Part shown: positions 27,330-39,692 of the stretch, piece after piece
How positions within the stretch are numbered: position 1 is the first letter of the stretch
How the letters are laid out: each line of letters opens with the position of its first letter
Assembly (NCBI GenBank): GCA_038087875.1
Contig: CM075988.1
Span: forward strand, 2,480,001-2,544,000
Length of the DNA: 64,000 nucleotides
Reading direction: 5' to 3'
From: Malacoraja senta
Taxonomy: Eukaryota
The notes under the pieces: model-generated
Told to the model about the DNA's origin: nothing
The model's input: the letters and a program-made list of their open reading frames with translations, nothing else
The model's database searches: none
Position numbers and translations under genes: made by a program

Positions 27330-28646
27330 TCATTGGACAAAGTCAGCATGGATTTATGAAAGGTAAATCATGTCTGACGAATCTTATAGAATTTTTCAAG
27401 GATGTAACTAGTAGAGTGGATAAGGGAGAACCAGTGGATGTGTTATATCTGGACTTTCAGAAGGCTTTCGACAAGGTCCCACATAAGAGATTAATATACA
27501 AACTTAAAGCATACGGTATTGGGGGTTCAGTATTGATGTGGATAGAGAACTGGCTGGCAGACAGGAAGCAAAGAGTAGGAGTAAACGGGTCCTTTTCAGA
27601 ATGGCAGGCTAGTGGGGTACCGCAAGGCTCAGTGCTGGGACCCCAGCTATTTACAATATATATTAATGATTTGGACGAGGGAATTGAATGCAACATCTCC
27701 AAGTTTGCGGATGACACAAAGCTGGGGGGCAGTGTTAGCTGTGAGGAGGGTGCTATGAGGCTGCAAGATGACTTGAATAGGCTGGGTGAGTGGGCAAATG
27801 CATGGCAAATGCAGTATAATGTGGATAAATGTGAGGTTATCCACTTTGGTGGCAAAAACAGGAAAGTAGACTATTACCTGAATGGTGGCCGATTAGGAAA
27901 AGGGGAGATGCCACGAGACCTGGGTGTCATGGTACACCAGACATTGAAAGTAGGCATGCAGGTGCAGCAGGCAGTGAAGAAAGCGAATGGTATGTTAGCA
28001 TTCATAGCAAAAGGATTTGAGTATAGGAGCAGGGAGGTTCTACTGCAGTTGTACAGGGTCTTGGTGAGACCACACCTGGAGTATTGCGTACAGTTTTGGT
28101 CTCCTAATCTGAGGAAGGACATTCTTGCCATAGAGGGAGTACAGAGAAGGTTCACCAGACTGATTCCTGGGATGTCAGGACTTTCATATGAAGAAAGACT
28201 GGATAGACTCGGCTTGTACTCGCTAGAATTTAGAAGATTGAGGGGGGATCTTATAGAAACTTACAAAATTCTTAAGGGGTTGGACAGGCTAGATGCAGGA
28301 AGATTGTTCCCGATGTTGGGGAAGTCCAGAACAGGGGGTCACAGTTTAAGGATAAAGGGGAAATCTTTTAGGACCGAGATGAGAAAAATATTTTTTACAC
28401 AGAGAGTGGTGAATCTCTGGAATTCTCTGCCACAATAATGTAGTTGAGGCCAGTTCATTGGCTATATTTAAGAGGGAGTTAGATGTGGCCCTTGTGGCTA
28501 AAGGGATCAGGGGGTATGGAGAGAAAGCAGGTACAGGATACTGAGTTGGATGATCAACCATGATCATATTGAATGGCGGTGCAGGCTCGAAGGGCCGAAT
28601 GGCCTACTCCTGCACCTATTTTTCTATGTTTCTATGTCTATGTTTC
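27330..28646 (+). mobile_element. CR1-type LINE, 5'-truncated, with RT domain
   Basis: 370-aa ORF with QHGFMKGKSCLTNL, LDFQKAFDKVPH, GVPQGSVLGP and KFADD; 3' UTR ending in (tttctatg)n. Confidence 0.95.
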
Positions 28647-29364
28647 CATGAAGGTGGTTCGGGAGCAGTTCCAGAAATGACAGCGAGGTGGTGGTGACCC
28701 TTTTTGGTTTGTAGACGGACCACTTGTCCCTTGGCTAGTGGCGGAGGTGGGTCTGCCCATCTTGTCATACCATCCTTTTTGAACATTATGCTTTTGTTGT
28801 AGCCTGGACTGGATTTCGGATGGTGGGATCACAAGCAGTACTAGTGCCTGTTTCGCCACAGGCAGTGTGACTCGGGTTTGCCTTGATATCAGTCGCTGGG
28901 CGGGAGAACCCAATATCGGGTCGCGGGAGATGTTGAGCAGGTGTAGGTATACGTCTGATCCTGCTCTGTGGGATCGTTTCATCACTTGTTTGGCATTCGC
29001 GATGGCACGTTCAGCCAGCCCGTTTAACTGTGGGTATTCGGGGCTGCTTGTGATATGACGAAAACCCCAGCGTGCAGCAAAGTCTTTGAAGTACTGGCTG
29101 GATCCCACTTCTGACACCATGTTGAATGATCAGAGGTTAGAACTCATAGTCTTTGTTGCAGTACAAGCGGAGGGAACACGACATGCTTTCATCCCCGTGG
29201 TCTGCATCAAATCCAAAGAGAGAGAGTGACGCTCTGGCCACAGGACCGATGTGCCCAGGGTAGGGTTGAAGATCTGGACTGGACTACATAAGGAATGTGT
29301 AGCATGTATAATCTGTGTGGTGATATATATCTATCTATCTATATATATATATATAGTAAAGACA
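28647..29364 (-). mobile_element. Internally deleted Ty3/Gypsy-like LTR element: LTR (~29120-29364), PBS (29102-29119), integrase fragment
   Basis: Minus strand reads TG...CA then TGGTGTCAGAAGTGGGAT (tRNA-Leu-type PBS); integrase peptide WGFRHITSSPEYPQLNGLAERA...SPAQRL. Confidence 0.8.
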
Positions 29365-30002
29365 TACTAAGCAGGGGGCTGAGCACGCAGCCTCGAGGTG
29401 CTCCCATATAACCATATAACAATTACAGCACGGAAACAGGCCATCTCGGCCCTTCTAGTCCGTGCCGAACACTTACTCTCATACTGTACTGTACTCCCGT
29501 ACTAATTGTTACTGAGGATGAAGTATTCCTGCAAATTCGAACAGACTGTGGTCTGTGGATGAGGAAGTCGAGGATCCAATTGGAGAGGAATGTGCAGGAA
29601 ACCCAGTTCTATGAGCTTGGTAACCAGCTTGGAGAAGATTATGGTATTGAACGCCGAGCTGTAGTCTATAAACAACAGTCTGATGTAAGTGTTTTTATTG
29701 TCCAAGTGGTCCAGAGCGGAGTGGAGAGCCAGTTAGATCACATCCTCTGTGGACCAATTGTGACAGTAGGCAAACTGTAGTGGGTCCTACTTCTTATTGA
29801 GGTTGCCCCATAACCAACCTCTCAAAGTACTTCATCACCTCGGACGTTAGTGCCACTGGTCGATAGTCGCTGAGGCACGTCACCTTGCTCTTCTTGGGCA
29901 CCGGTATTCTTGATGCCCTTTTAAAGCAGGTGGGAACCTCAGACCTCAGCAGTGAGAGGTTGAAAATGTCTGCAAAAATCCCAGGCAGTTGGTCTGCGCA
30001 GG
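29365..30002 (-). mobile_element. Rex1/Babar-like LINE RT fragment
   Basis: [28 protein letters not shown]; a short LINE tail is inserted at ~29406-29480. Confidence 0.8.
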
Positions 30003-30604
30003 TGTAATTATGCTCCTACAGCTTACCCCCTTAGTCTAGTTCAGTAAAACACTGAGTCAAGCACTGGATCAACTAACTCTTTATTCTCACTCACAAACGA
30101 ACTTCCTCTACGATCCCTAACCAACACCGCGGGTCCGATCCTTGTCTCTACTCGTCCAAGCCCTTCAGCCTTGTGCGAATAGACACAGTCAATACAGTCC
30201 CAAGTGCACGTCCAGAAGATCGACTCCTATCCATGTGGTGTCCCCTCTTTTATACTGTATTGGACCCGTGGCGCGAAAATACATGGGGGGGGGGTCAACC
30301 CCTACAAGCCAATCACAAATAAAGATCATATAATACATTTATTGACAGTTCCCTAACCCAATCACAAAGTACCCCATTACATTGTTTCCACAGAAGGTTC
30401 TAGTTGGAAGACAGTTCACCAAAGTAAAGAAATATTTCCCCAGGTAGTATAAACAATTTCAACAAGGCTCCATACTTTAATCAATAACAAGATAACAGCA
30501 ACATAATTAACAATACTTTACAACACCCCATTCTATAACCAATCCTAATCATGCATTTGCAACCCAGCTCAGCCCCTTCTGCAAAACTCTCATATATATT
30601 AACA
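30003..30604 (-). mobile_element. Solo LTR
   Basis: TGTAAT...ATTAACA termini; flanks gcagg/acagg; on the minus strand TATAAAAG at ~30247-30254 followed by AATAAA at ~30079-30084. Confidence 0.65.
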
Positions 30605-30969
30605 ACAGGGAGGACATCTGGACATCACCCTGTGCTTGACTTCCTCCCAGGGTCCAGACTGCTTGGAGCCATGAGACTCATGGCTCTGCAGCTTTTCACA
30701 GAAAGCAGGCTTTGCAAATGCTGAAATCCTCCATTTTGTGACATATTTATTTGGCCAATATTATCACAGGTTTTGAGAACTTGACCGGGTATATCATCAG
30801 GTCCAGGCGCTTATCGAGGGATCACCCCCCTGAAGGATCTTCTGAAGTCGGCATTGTTTTCTCTGGAATGTCAGAGGTTGAGGGGAGACGATATAAAATT
30901 AGGAAAGGCATAGATAGGGTGGACGGTCAAAACCTTTTTCGCAGGGTGGAAATGTCCAACACTAAATGT

Positions 30970-31262
30970 CTACCGCGTAGCAGTAGAGCTACTGCCTTAC
31001 AGCGCCAGAGACCCAGTTTTAATCCTGACTACGGGTGCTGTTTGTAGAGTTTGTACGTTCTCTCTGTGTCCTGTGTGTTTCCCTCCAAGATCTTCAGTTT
31101 CCTCCCACATTCCAAAGACGTACAGGTTTGTAGGTTAATTGGCTTGGTGTAAATATAAAAATTGTCCCTAGTGTGTGTAGAGTAGTGATAATGTGCTGGG
31201 ATCGCTGGTTGCTGTGGACTCGCCGAAGGGTCTGTTTCCGCAATGTATCTCTAAACTAAACT
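30970..31262 (+). mobile_element. tRNA-derived SINE (HE1-like)
   Basis: Degenerate A/B-box head, conserved body and ctaaa tail, as in the other copies. Confidence 0.8.
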
Positions 31263-31993
31263 AGGCGGCATAGCTATAAAGTGAGGGGGGGGGGGGGGAT
31301 AGTTTAATGGAGATGTGCAGGGCAGGTTTTTCACAAAGAGGGTGGTGGGGGCCTGGAATGCATTGCCAGCGGTGATGAAGGAAGCAGATACAATAGTGGT
31401 GTTTAAGATGCTTTTGGATAGGGAGATGCAGGGCCGGTCCTAGGCCGATTGGACCGATTTTTCCAAATTGGGCCCCGCGCCCAAGGGGGCCCCGCGTTAA
31501 TTTTCCGTATTTCATATGGAAATACAAATTCGCTATGTTAAATAAAGATTTTTAAAAAACATACGGATTTTTACAAAACGAACATGGATAACAAACGATG
31601 TGTTAACTGCTACTGTAACACTTGCAAACTGCCAGTAGTTAGCAAGTAGTTATACAATGCATCGATCCACATTCCTCAGTAAATGCGTTAAATTGTGTCA
31701 CTCGCTGCCGCCGGAGCAGACCCGTGGGGGGGGGGGGGGGGGGGGGTAAGTAACGGGCTCTGGGGGGGTGGGAGTCTACAGGGCAGCAAGCCCCAACACC
31801 GCAGCGAACTCATCCGTGAGTATTCAACGCTAAACGCCGGGAGCGGGCAGACGGGCCGTGTGTGAGTGGGGGGGGGGGTTGTGTTAACTCGTTTAGTGCC
31901 GTACAACAGCAGACCTGGTTGGAGGTTTGAGTCTGTGTTAACATTGGTGTCGGGGTTAATGTCCGGGCCGGGGTACGGGTGGTATTTAACCCT

Positions 31994-32462
31994 GTGTGTG
32001 TGTGTCTGTCTGTCTGTGTATGTGTGTGACTCTGTGTCTGTGTATGTCTCTGTGGCTGTGTGTGTCTGTGTTTCTGTGTGTGTATGTGTCTCTATCTGCG
32101 TTTGTGTCTGGGTGTGTCTCTGTCTGTGTGTGTTGGGGGGGGGACAGTGGAGAGACAGAGAGAGGGGATTTTCAGTTTGCAAACCACTCGTTTTCAGTTA
32201 AGAGTTGGATACGATTACTGTCAATACGAGCAGCTCATGGAGCAGAGTCACGGCTCGGCTCGGCCCTCATTGCTCGGCTCTCACACACACACTCGTGGGG
32301 TGAACTTCAGATATAAACGTGGCTGGGGGAAGAGGAGTGGGGGGGGGGAGAGGGAGAGGAAGAGGGAGAGAGAGAGAGAATTGGAGAGAGAAGAGAGAGG
32401 AAGGGGGGAAAGAGAGAGAGAGAGAGAGGGGGAGAGAGAGAGAGAGAATTGGAGAGAGAGAG
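31994..32462. repeat. Compound (TG/TC)n and (GA)n microsatellites
   Basis: Directly visible at ~31994-32132 and ~32349-32462. Confidence 0.9.
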
Positions 32463-32845
32463 TTCTCCCTTCTGCCTCACCACCCCTGTTGACTGCCCTT
32501 TGTAAAGTGATTGGAGACCAAAACCAGTTACCCTTTAGATCTCCCTCTCACTACCTCCCTCCCCCTCCCTCTGCCTCCTTTAGAGAGGGGGGATGAGGGA
32601 AGGAAGGGGGCAGAGGGGAGAGAGGAGTGTGCCTTGCTTGGTGGAGAAGAGGGATGTGGGAACGCTGTACGCAGGTGGTGACTCACTCTCACACTGGGAT
32701 CCCCCTGTCATTGTGCAGTCTATCTGACCCCCCCTCCCCCCTCCTCTATGGAGCGAAGGAAATATGCAACGTTTCAGGTCGAAACCCTTCTTCAGACCCG
32801 GCCCGAAACGTTGGCTAATTCCTTCGCTCCATAGATGCTGCCTCA

Positions 32846-35024
32846 AGCCCTGTCCCACTGTGTGAGTTCACCCAAGAGCTCTCCCGAGTTTAATATCTCT
32901 GTGTAGCATCTCTCCCTATCTTCAAATTCCCACTTTGAAATGAAATACAATTTTTGACTTAAAAACTTTGCAGCAGGATTCCCACGCATTTTCAATCATC
33001 GTTCGATTCAGTGTAATTTTCACACCTGGTTGATATAGTTGTTTTTTTAAAGATACAGTACATTACAATAAATAGTTTCAAGCATACCCGGTACTAAATG
33101 CACGAACATTAAGGTGGTTACTGATGTTACAAACGGTTATAAATGAATATAATTTCAAAGTGAAATGGGAGATTTCCGTGGAGAGAATATTTAACCAGAA
33201 TATGGTTAGGTCGCTGCAAAATGGTCACTTAAACAATATGCCGTCAACTCAGGATTGTTTCTTAGCCCTCTGACAGGTGTTTCAATCTCACCTCGTAGCT
33301 CGCCGTTAATCGATTCATAGCTATTAATTTTCATTCCTGGTCCATATCGAACTTCTCCAAATGCAAACGCTTCAAGTTACGCTTCTTGTGAGGTGGTAAA
33401 GGAGGGGGAGGGATGCTAGGATAAAATACCATACATTTGCATTTATATAGCGATCCTGCTTTTGCTGCGAAATTTTTAAGTCAAAAGTTGTATTTTATTT
33501 CAAAGTGGGAATTGGAAGATAGGGACAGAGATGCTACACAGAGATTTTTATAGGAAGGAAACGATACAGCAGCTGAGTAAAAGATCGGTCAAATGGTAGG
33601 TTCAATGAAGATCGGGCGAGGGGGATTGGGGGTGGGGGAAAAGTATCTATAGCTTGGGACTTGCCTAAATGAGTACTGAGATGGATTATCATTCCACACC
33701 AAATTTCTTAGACAATAATACCTTTTATGCAATTATCACAATAGTTTGTTGGATATGGTACATGCTCTGTATGGTACATGCTCGTAAATTAGTAAAACAA
33801 ATGTTCATCTTTAAGTACTGTTGTTTCTGGGATGGGGGTGACTGATAACAAATAACCTACATTCTATATTTTGTCATAATGTGGCTGAAACAATGGCATA
33901 TGTTATGAAATTTATTGAGATAGAAAGATACAACTGAGTTTGGGCAAGATATTACCTTGCAACATTCTGTATGTCTGATAGATATTGTGAAATGGAACTC
34001 AGAAATTATGGGAGGATTACATAAAACTACAATTCAAAGGTAATGAATATACAGAGTATTCTTATTTCCATCATGAACATACAATAGTGATATAGGACAC
34101 CAGGTCCTACTACGGTAAACTCACGAGCTACTACGGTATGACTACGTGCTAAAAAGTATCACATTTTTACATCCTGCGTATATATTACATGTGGACATTT
34201 TTCAACATGTTGAAAATCTTCACGAGTTACCACGTTTCCCGAGTACCTGCCGTTAGCGCTAAGAAATGGCATGTTGGCCTTTATAACAGGAGGAATCGAA
34301 TATAGTAAAGAGGTCCTTCTGCAGTTGTACAGAGTTCTAGTGAGACCGCACCTGGAGTATTGTGTGCAGTTTTGGTCCGCTAATTTGAGGAAGGACATTC
34401 TTGCTATTGAGGGAGTGCAGCGTAGGTTTACAAGGTTAATTCCCGGGATGGCGGGACTGTCATATGCTGAGAGAATGGAGCAGCTGGGCTTGTACACTCT
34501 GGAGTTTAGAAGGATGAGAGGGCATCTCATTGAAACATATAAGATTTGTTGAGGGCTTGGACACGCTTGAGGCAGGAAACATGTTCCCGATGTTGGGGGA
34601 GTCCAGAACCAGGGGCCACAGTTTAAGAATAAGGAGTAAGCCATTTAGAACGGAGACGAAGAAACACTTTTTCTCACAGAGAGTGGTGAGTCTGTGGAAT
34701 TCTCTGCCTCAGAGGGCGGTGGAGGCAGGTTCTCTGGATACTTTCAAGAGAGAGCTAGATAGGGCTCTTAAAAATAGCTGAGTCAGGGGATATGGGGAGA
34801 AGGCAGGAATGGGGTACTGATTGTGGATGATCAGCCATGTTCACATTGAATGGCGGTGCTGGCTCGAAGGGTCAAATGGCCTGCTCCTGAACCTATTGTT
34901 TATTGAAACGTCCCGAGCTCCGACGTACCCGCTACGTTCATTCTACATGTTTACCTTGAGTTTTGATTTTTTTTTAAACTCGGGAGGAGAGCTCTTGGGT
35001 GGACTCGCACAGTGGGACAGGGCT
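32846..35024. mobile_element. Non-autonomous PIF/Harbinger-like transposon
   Basis: TIRs agccctgtcccactgtg.gagt.cacccaagagctctcc / reverse complement; 3-bp TSD tca at 32843-32845 and 35025-35027. Confidence 0.8.
34263..34905 (+). mobile_element. CR1-type LINE 3' fragment nested in the Harbinger-like element
   Basis: LLQLYRVLVRPHLEYCVQFWS plus the CR1 3' UTR. Confidence 0.9.
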
Positions 35025-38000
35025 TCACACCCACTGAGTTTCTCCAGCATTTTTGTCTACCTTCGATTTTCCAGCATCTACAGTTCCTTCTTAGACGTTT
35101 TGCGGTGACGGCTGCATCTGCGGTTCCTTTCTGTTGGGGGGGGGGGGGGGCGGAGAGTCCTGGCCCGTAGCGGCTCCTGATAAGTGATATGTTCCCTCCG
35201 CGGGTGCTGCCTTGCCCGCTGAGTTCCTCCAGCACTCTGTGTTTTTTGTTTGGCTCTGAAGTTGAAGGTGGACCCCCCTGTGTCTACCTTCAACTCCCTG
35301 TCTGTGGTGGCTCAGCGGGCCGGGCAGGGGCTCTGGGGAGAGGGTTGTGGTTCTGGTCGAGATCCTTCTTCAGACAATCACAAGTACTCTCACCGACGAG
35401 AGTTCAGTTCAGTCTGAAGATGGGTCTTCTCTCCAGAGTCGCTGCGTTGCCTGTCCTGCTGAGCTACTCCAGCTTTTGTCTATCTCCAATTTCAGAGTTA
35501 GAGAAAATTGCAGACTTGATTTTTTAAATCTCAAAATTTTGTAACATTGCTGGAAAATGTACCCGCATCTTGGAGGCCAAAGGTTAGGTTGTTAGCCAAG
35601 AAAGATAAACTTCGTTATCCCTCAGTACAGCAACATCAAGAACGATGTTGCTGTACTGAGGGATAGCCAAGTCTATCCCTCATTGCTAGCAGCTGATGGG
35701 AAGCGGCTGTAAAGTGGGAAGCGGCTGTAAAAGGACAGCGCTGCTGGGGGGGGGGGGAAGTTCCTTTCACAGCGTGTGGGTAGTCTGTCCGGGGGTAAAG
35801 TTGCAGGGAGGGCAGGACGGTTGAGGAGGGGGTTGGCCGGGGATCATCCAGCTCAAGAGCGGGTCAGCGGGCGATGGATAACAGGACAGCGGGCGGTGGA
35901 GCTTACTCCATATGTCAGTGCGAGTAACCTCAATTGATCTCTTGTTCGCGCTGACACAAGAGTAATATCCATCACCCGCTGACCACTCCGCTCTATGATA
36001 TTTGCTCTTGAGCTGGTCCCCTCACTGTTCAGACGGAGAGCACTGCCAGAGGTGAGCGGGCCGGCAGAAGGTGCTGAGATGGCAGTCGGTTCCGCTGTCC
36101 GGTGATGGAGGCCGCTCGTAGCCACGCGAGCTGCTTCCCTCCCCGGTCACAATGCGGTGGCGCCCGGAGTGCCGCGGCAGCAGTGAGTGAGTGTTACTTG
36201 CCTGAACACCGACCCCCTCCTTCTCAACGCTCCTTCCCTCCTCGCAACTTTACCCCTGGCTAGACTCCCCACACGCTGTGAAAGGAACTCTCTCTCGAAT
36301 TGTCATGTTACTCATGACACGTGACTCATTTATAATTATTTATTTATATTTCTACGAGATTTTTTCCCAATTGGGCCCCGCACCTCCTGGGGAGATGGCA
36401 GTGAAGGAAACAGAGGGATATGGATCATGTATAGGCAGATGAGATCAGTTTAACTTGGCAACATGTTCTGCACAAACATTATGAGCTGAAGGGCCCGTTC
36501 CTGTGCTGTACTGTTCTATGTTCTTAGTAAATCTTTCAAATCAGATTGTTTTCTTTGGATCCTAACTCTGCATCTATCTGCTGACTCCCCCTCTTTTCTG
36601 TGAATTCAGGAGAACAGCCGGCAAGAAGGTCCCTAATCCCTGAGGGTGTGCCTCCCTTGTGCAGTGTGACGATATATCCCAAGTGATTGATGTTTGAAGT
36701 CTTCAGCTTTAATTTTCTTCTTAAGATCTGCAGAATGCTGGGCCCAGATGGTGTTGTAGCCAGAGAGTAGGCTTTACTTTGTTGCTTTTCCACCTGATTC
36801 TGACAGGGATTGATAATGGGAGAACAGAAGCACATTCAGAGAAATGTAGTCATGCTGATTAGGGCATGATAGGAATTGTATTTGAGAGGTTGCATGTGTA
36901 AGCAGGTCAGCTACCAGCTTTCCCGGTACGAAGAGTAGGAGAGATTCTGAGAAAAGGGGAATCATAGCGCATCTGAAATTTATGCAGGCCTTCGGGTTAT
37001 TGAGTAGTAAAGAAATGTTTTGTATAAAAGAGGCACTGAGCTTCCCACAGGCCACTTTCATCTAAGCCGTTATGGCTTTGGAAGGAGAATTGGATAGACA
37101 CGAGGGAAAATAAGTTTCAGGGCTGGTGAGGAAATGCAAGAAATAAGACTGACGGATTGCTCTGGGAGGAGTGGATAGAGATTTAACGGGCCAAATGCTT
37201 TCTTCTGCACTATCTATTCTTTTATAGATGAGAACCATGTCCATTGCTTGCTCCTTTGCAGACTCAAATATCTTTGGCACGAGTGCTCAATTTTCACGGA
37301 AAAGCATTAATGGAACGTAAAATAACACAATGTACGCCATAACCAGACTAGTTGAACTGCATCCATGTAGAGATGGACAGAATTAATAGACAGTGGGGGA
37401 ATTAGTTAAAGATAAATGATTCAGATGCAGGGAACGCTGGCATGCAAGGGAGATGAGGATGAATTTACTAGATTGGATTGGGGGTTATTAACTACAGGGA
37501 GAGGTTGGACAGACTTGGATGATTTGCTCGGGAACACCAGAGTTTGCGGGATGACCTGAAAGAAATACATACAATTATGAGAGGCATAGATAGGGTAGAC
37601 AGTCAGAACCTTTTATCCAGGTCATAGGTTTAAAATGATCGGGGCAAAGTTTAAAGTAGATGTGCGGGACAGTTTTTTTACACAAACGATGGTGGGTGCC
37701 TGGAATGCGTTGAGCCAAATACAATAGTGACATTTAAAAGATTTTTTGATAGGCAGGGAATGGGGGGATATCATTATGTGCAGGCAGATAATTGGTCTTG
37801 GCATCATGTTTAGCCTGAAGTGGATGTGAACCAGGGCAAAAGACATGGTGGTGCATTGCAAGTTGGCATTGAGATACTTTGGAACATGACAAGGCAGAGC
37901 GACAAACAATGGGCTCAGTGTCAAGCTTACTCATTGAAGAAAGGGTTCCACAAAGCAGCAACTTTGTCCCTGTTTTGTCACCTCAGGAAGTGCTTGAGGC

Positions 38001-38507
38001 CTTGAATGATGGGAATGGAAGAAGTGAAAGAATGGTTTGCACAGCATGTGAGCAGGAGTGTGTGCTGCAGATGGACGACTGAACCAGATGCCGGAGGGAG
38101 CAGGGCCCCTCAGCTGCTGAAAAGGGAGAAGAGGGAAAGATAGGAGTGAGGATATACAAGCCTGGGTTTTCAGTTCCCCTCGTGGCCTGACCCAAGGGTA
38201 CACGCCTCATTGAGTTACTTAATTGTCACTGAAAAATCTGTTTTGTAGTCTTTTTAAGAATTAGTAGGATTAGATTCCAAAGTTAAGATGCTGTTTGGGT
38301 TCATTACTTGTATAATAACTTGTCTATTTAAACTGTAATGCTTTGGAACATTCAGAGATTGTTGACTCTACAAAACTGCAGATATTTAAGAAAATCAGAT
38401 AATAAGTGTTTTCTGCATTATTTTTAAAAGTATTCAAAATAACTGTTGGTTCTGCAGAAAGTGAGTCTGCAGAACAAATAGTGGGCAACAAGGAAATAGC
38501 AGATGAA

Positions 38508-38805
38508 TTTAGTTTAGTTTAGAGATAAAGCACGGAAATAGGCCCTTCGGCCCATCGAGCCCACACCAACCAGCTAGCGTAATCCTATGCACACCAGGGA
38601 CAATTTGCAATTATACCAAACCTATTAACCTACAAACCTGTACGTCTTCGGAGTGTGGGAGGGAACCGAAGATCTCAGAGAAAACCCATGCAGGTCACGG
38701 GAAGAACGTACAAACACTGTACAGGCAAGCACCCGCAGTTAGGGTCGAACCTGGGTCTCTGGTGCTGTAAGGCAGCAACTCTACTGCTGCGCCACTGTGC
38801 CACCC
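38508..38805 (-). mobile_element. tRNA-derived SINE (HE1-like), near full length
   Basis: Minus strand has A box TGGCGCAGCAG, B box GGTTCGACCC and a (ctaaa)n tail; inserted in a decayed CR1. Confidence 0.88.
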
Positions 38806-39507
38806 TAATTAAACGGCTATTTGCATCAGTCTTCACTATGGAGGACACAAATAACATCCCAGCAATAACTATAAATTGAGAATTGAAAGAGAGGGAGGAA
38901 ATTGGGAAAATCTCGGTAATCTTGGTAATCTCGAAGGAAGTGGTGCTGAGGAATCAGATAGATCAGCAGGTTGACAAGTCTGAGCAACCTTTTTGTGTAT
39001 TAATAGGAGTGGCGGTAGGTGGCTGTTTGAGTGTTAATGTTCCAAAATTCCAAAGCCTGAGAAAAGGTTAGATTAGATTGGACCATGGCAAATATAACTG
39101 TTTAAAAAGAGAGGAGAGAGTGCAGGAAACTACAGGAAATATATAAACATCTGTAATAAGCTAATTGAATTCAAAAGGGTAGTAGTGAAGGGTTTCTTGT
39201 CTGAGTGTAACTCTGTGACCAGTGGTTTACCATAAGGATCATGCTGGTATTGTGATGTCTAACAACTTGGATGTGAAGGTATGGAGTAAGCTAAGTATGT
39301 TTGCAGATGATGCAACAATTGATGATGGTGTAGATGGTGAGGAAGGTTGCTTAAGGTATGATATAGATCAGGTAAAAAGTTGGGTAGAGTAAATACATAT
39401 TCAATTTAATTCTGACAAATTCTTTATTTAACACTGGTAAGGCACACCTGGATTATTATGTGCAATTCTAGTCACCATTCCATAGGAACAATTTGATTAT
39501 GTTAGAG

Positions 39508-39692
39508 GAACTGAGCAGGTGAGGCAGCATCTATGGAGAGAAGGAATAGGCAACGTTTTGGGTCGAGAAGGATCTCGACCCAAACCGTCGCCTATTCCTT
39601 TTCTCGATAGATGCTGCCTTACCCGCTGAGTTTCTCCAGCATTTTGTGTCTACCTTTGATTTTTCCAGCATCTGCAGTTCTTCCTTAAACAT
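39508..39692. repeat. Fold-back Penelope-derived repeat with central deletion of the hammerhead core
   Basis: Arms gaggcagcatctatggagagaaggaataggcaacg / cgtcgcctattccttttctcgatagatgctgcctt are inverted. Confidence 0.75.

Larger units (their letters stand above)
31429..36389. mobile_element. Non-autonomous hAT-like DNA transposon carrying nested insertions
   Basis: Starts CAGGGCCGG; subterminal gggccccgc motifs at both ends; 8-bp TSD gggagatg at 31421-31428 and 36390-36397; right TIR reduced to cctg. Confidence 0.75.

Noticed and set aside
31688..32596. Long ORFs rich in TQ/CV/ER
   Set aside because: Translations of microsatellites.
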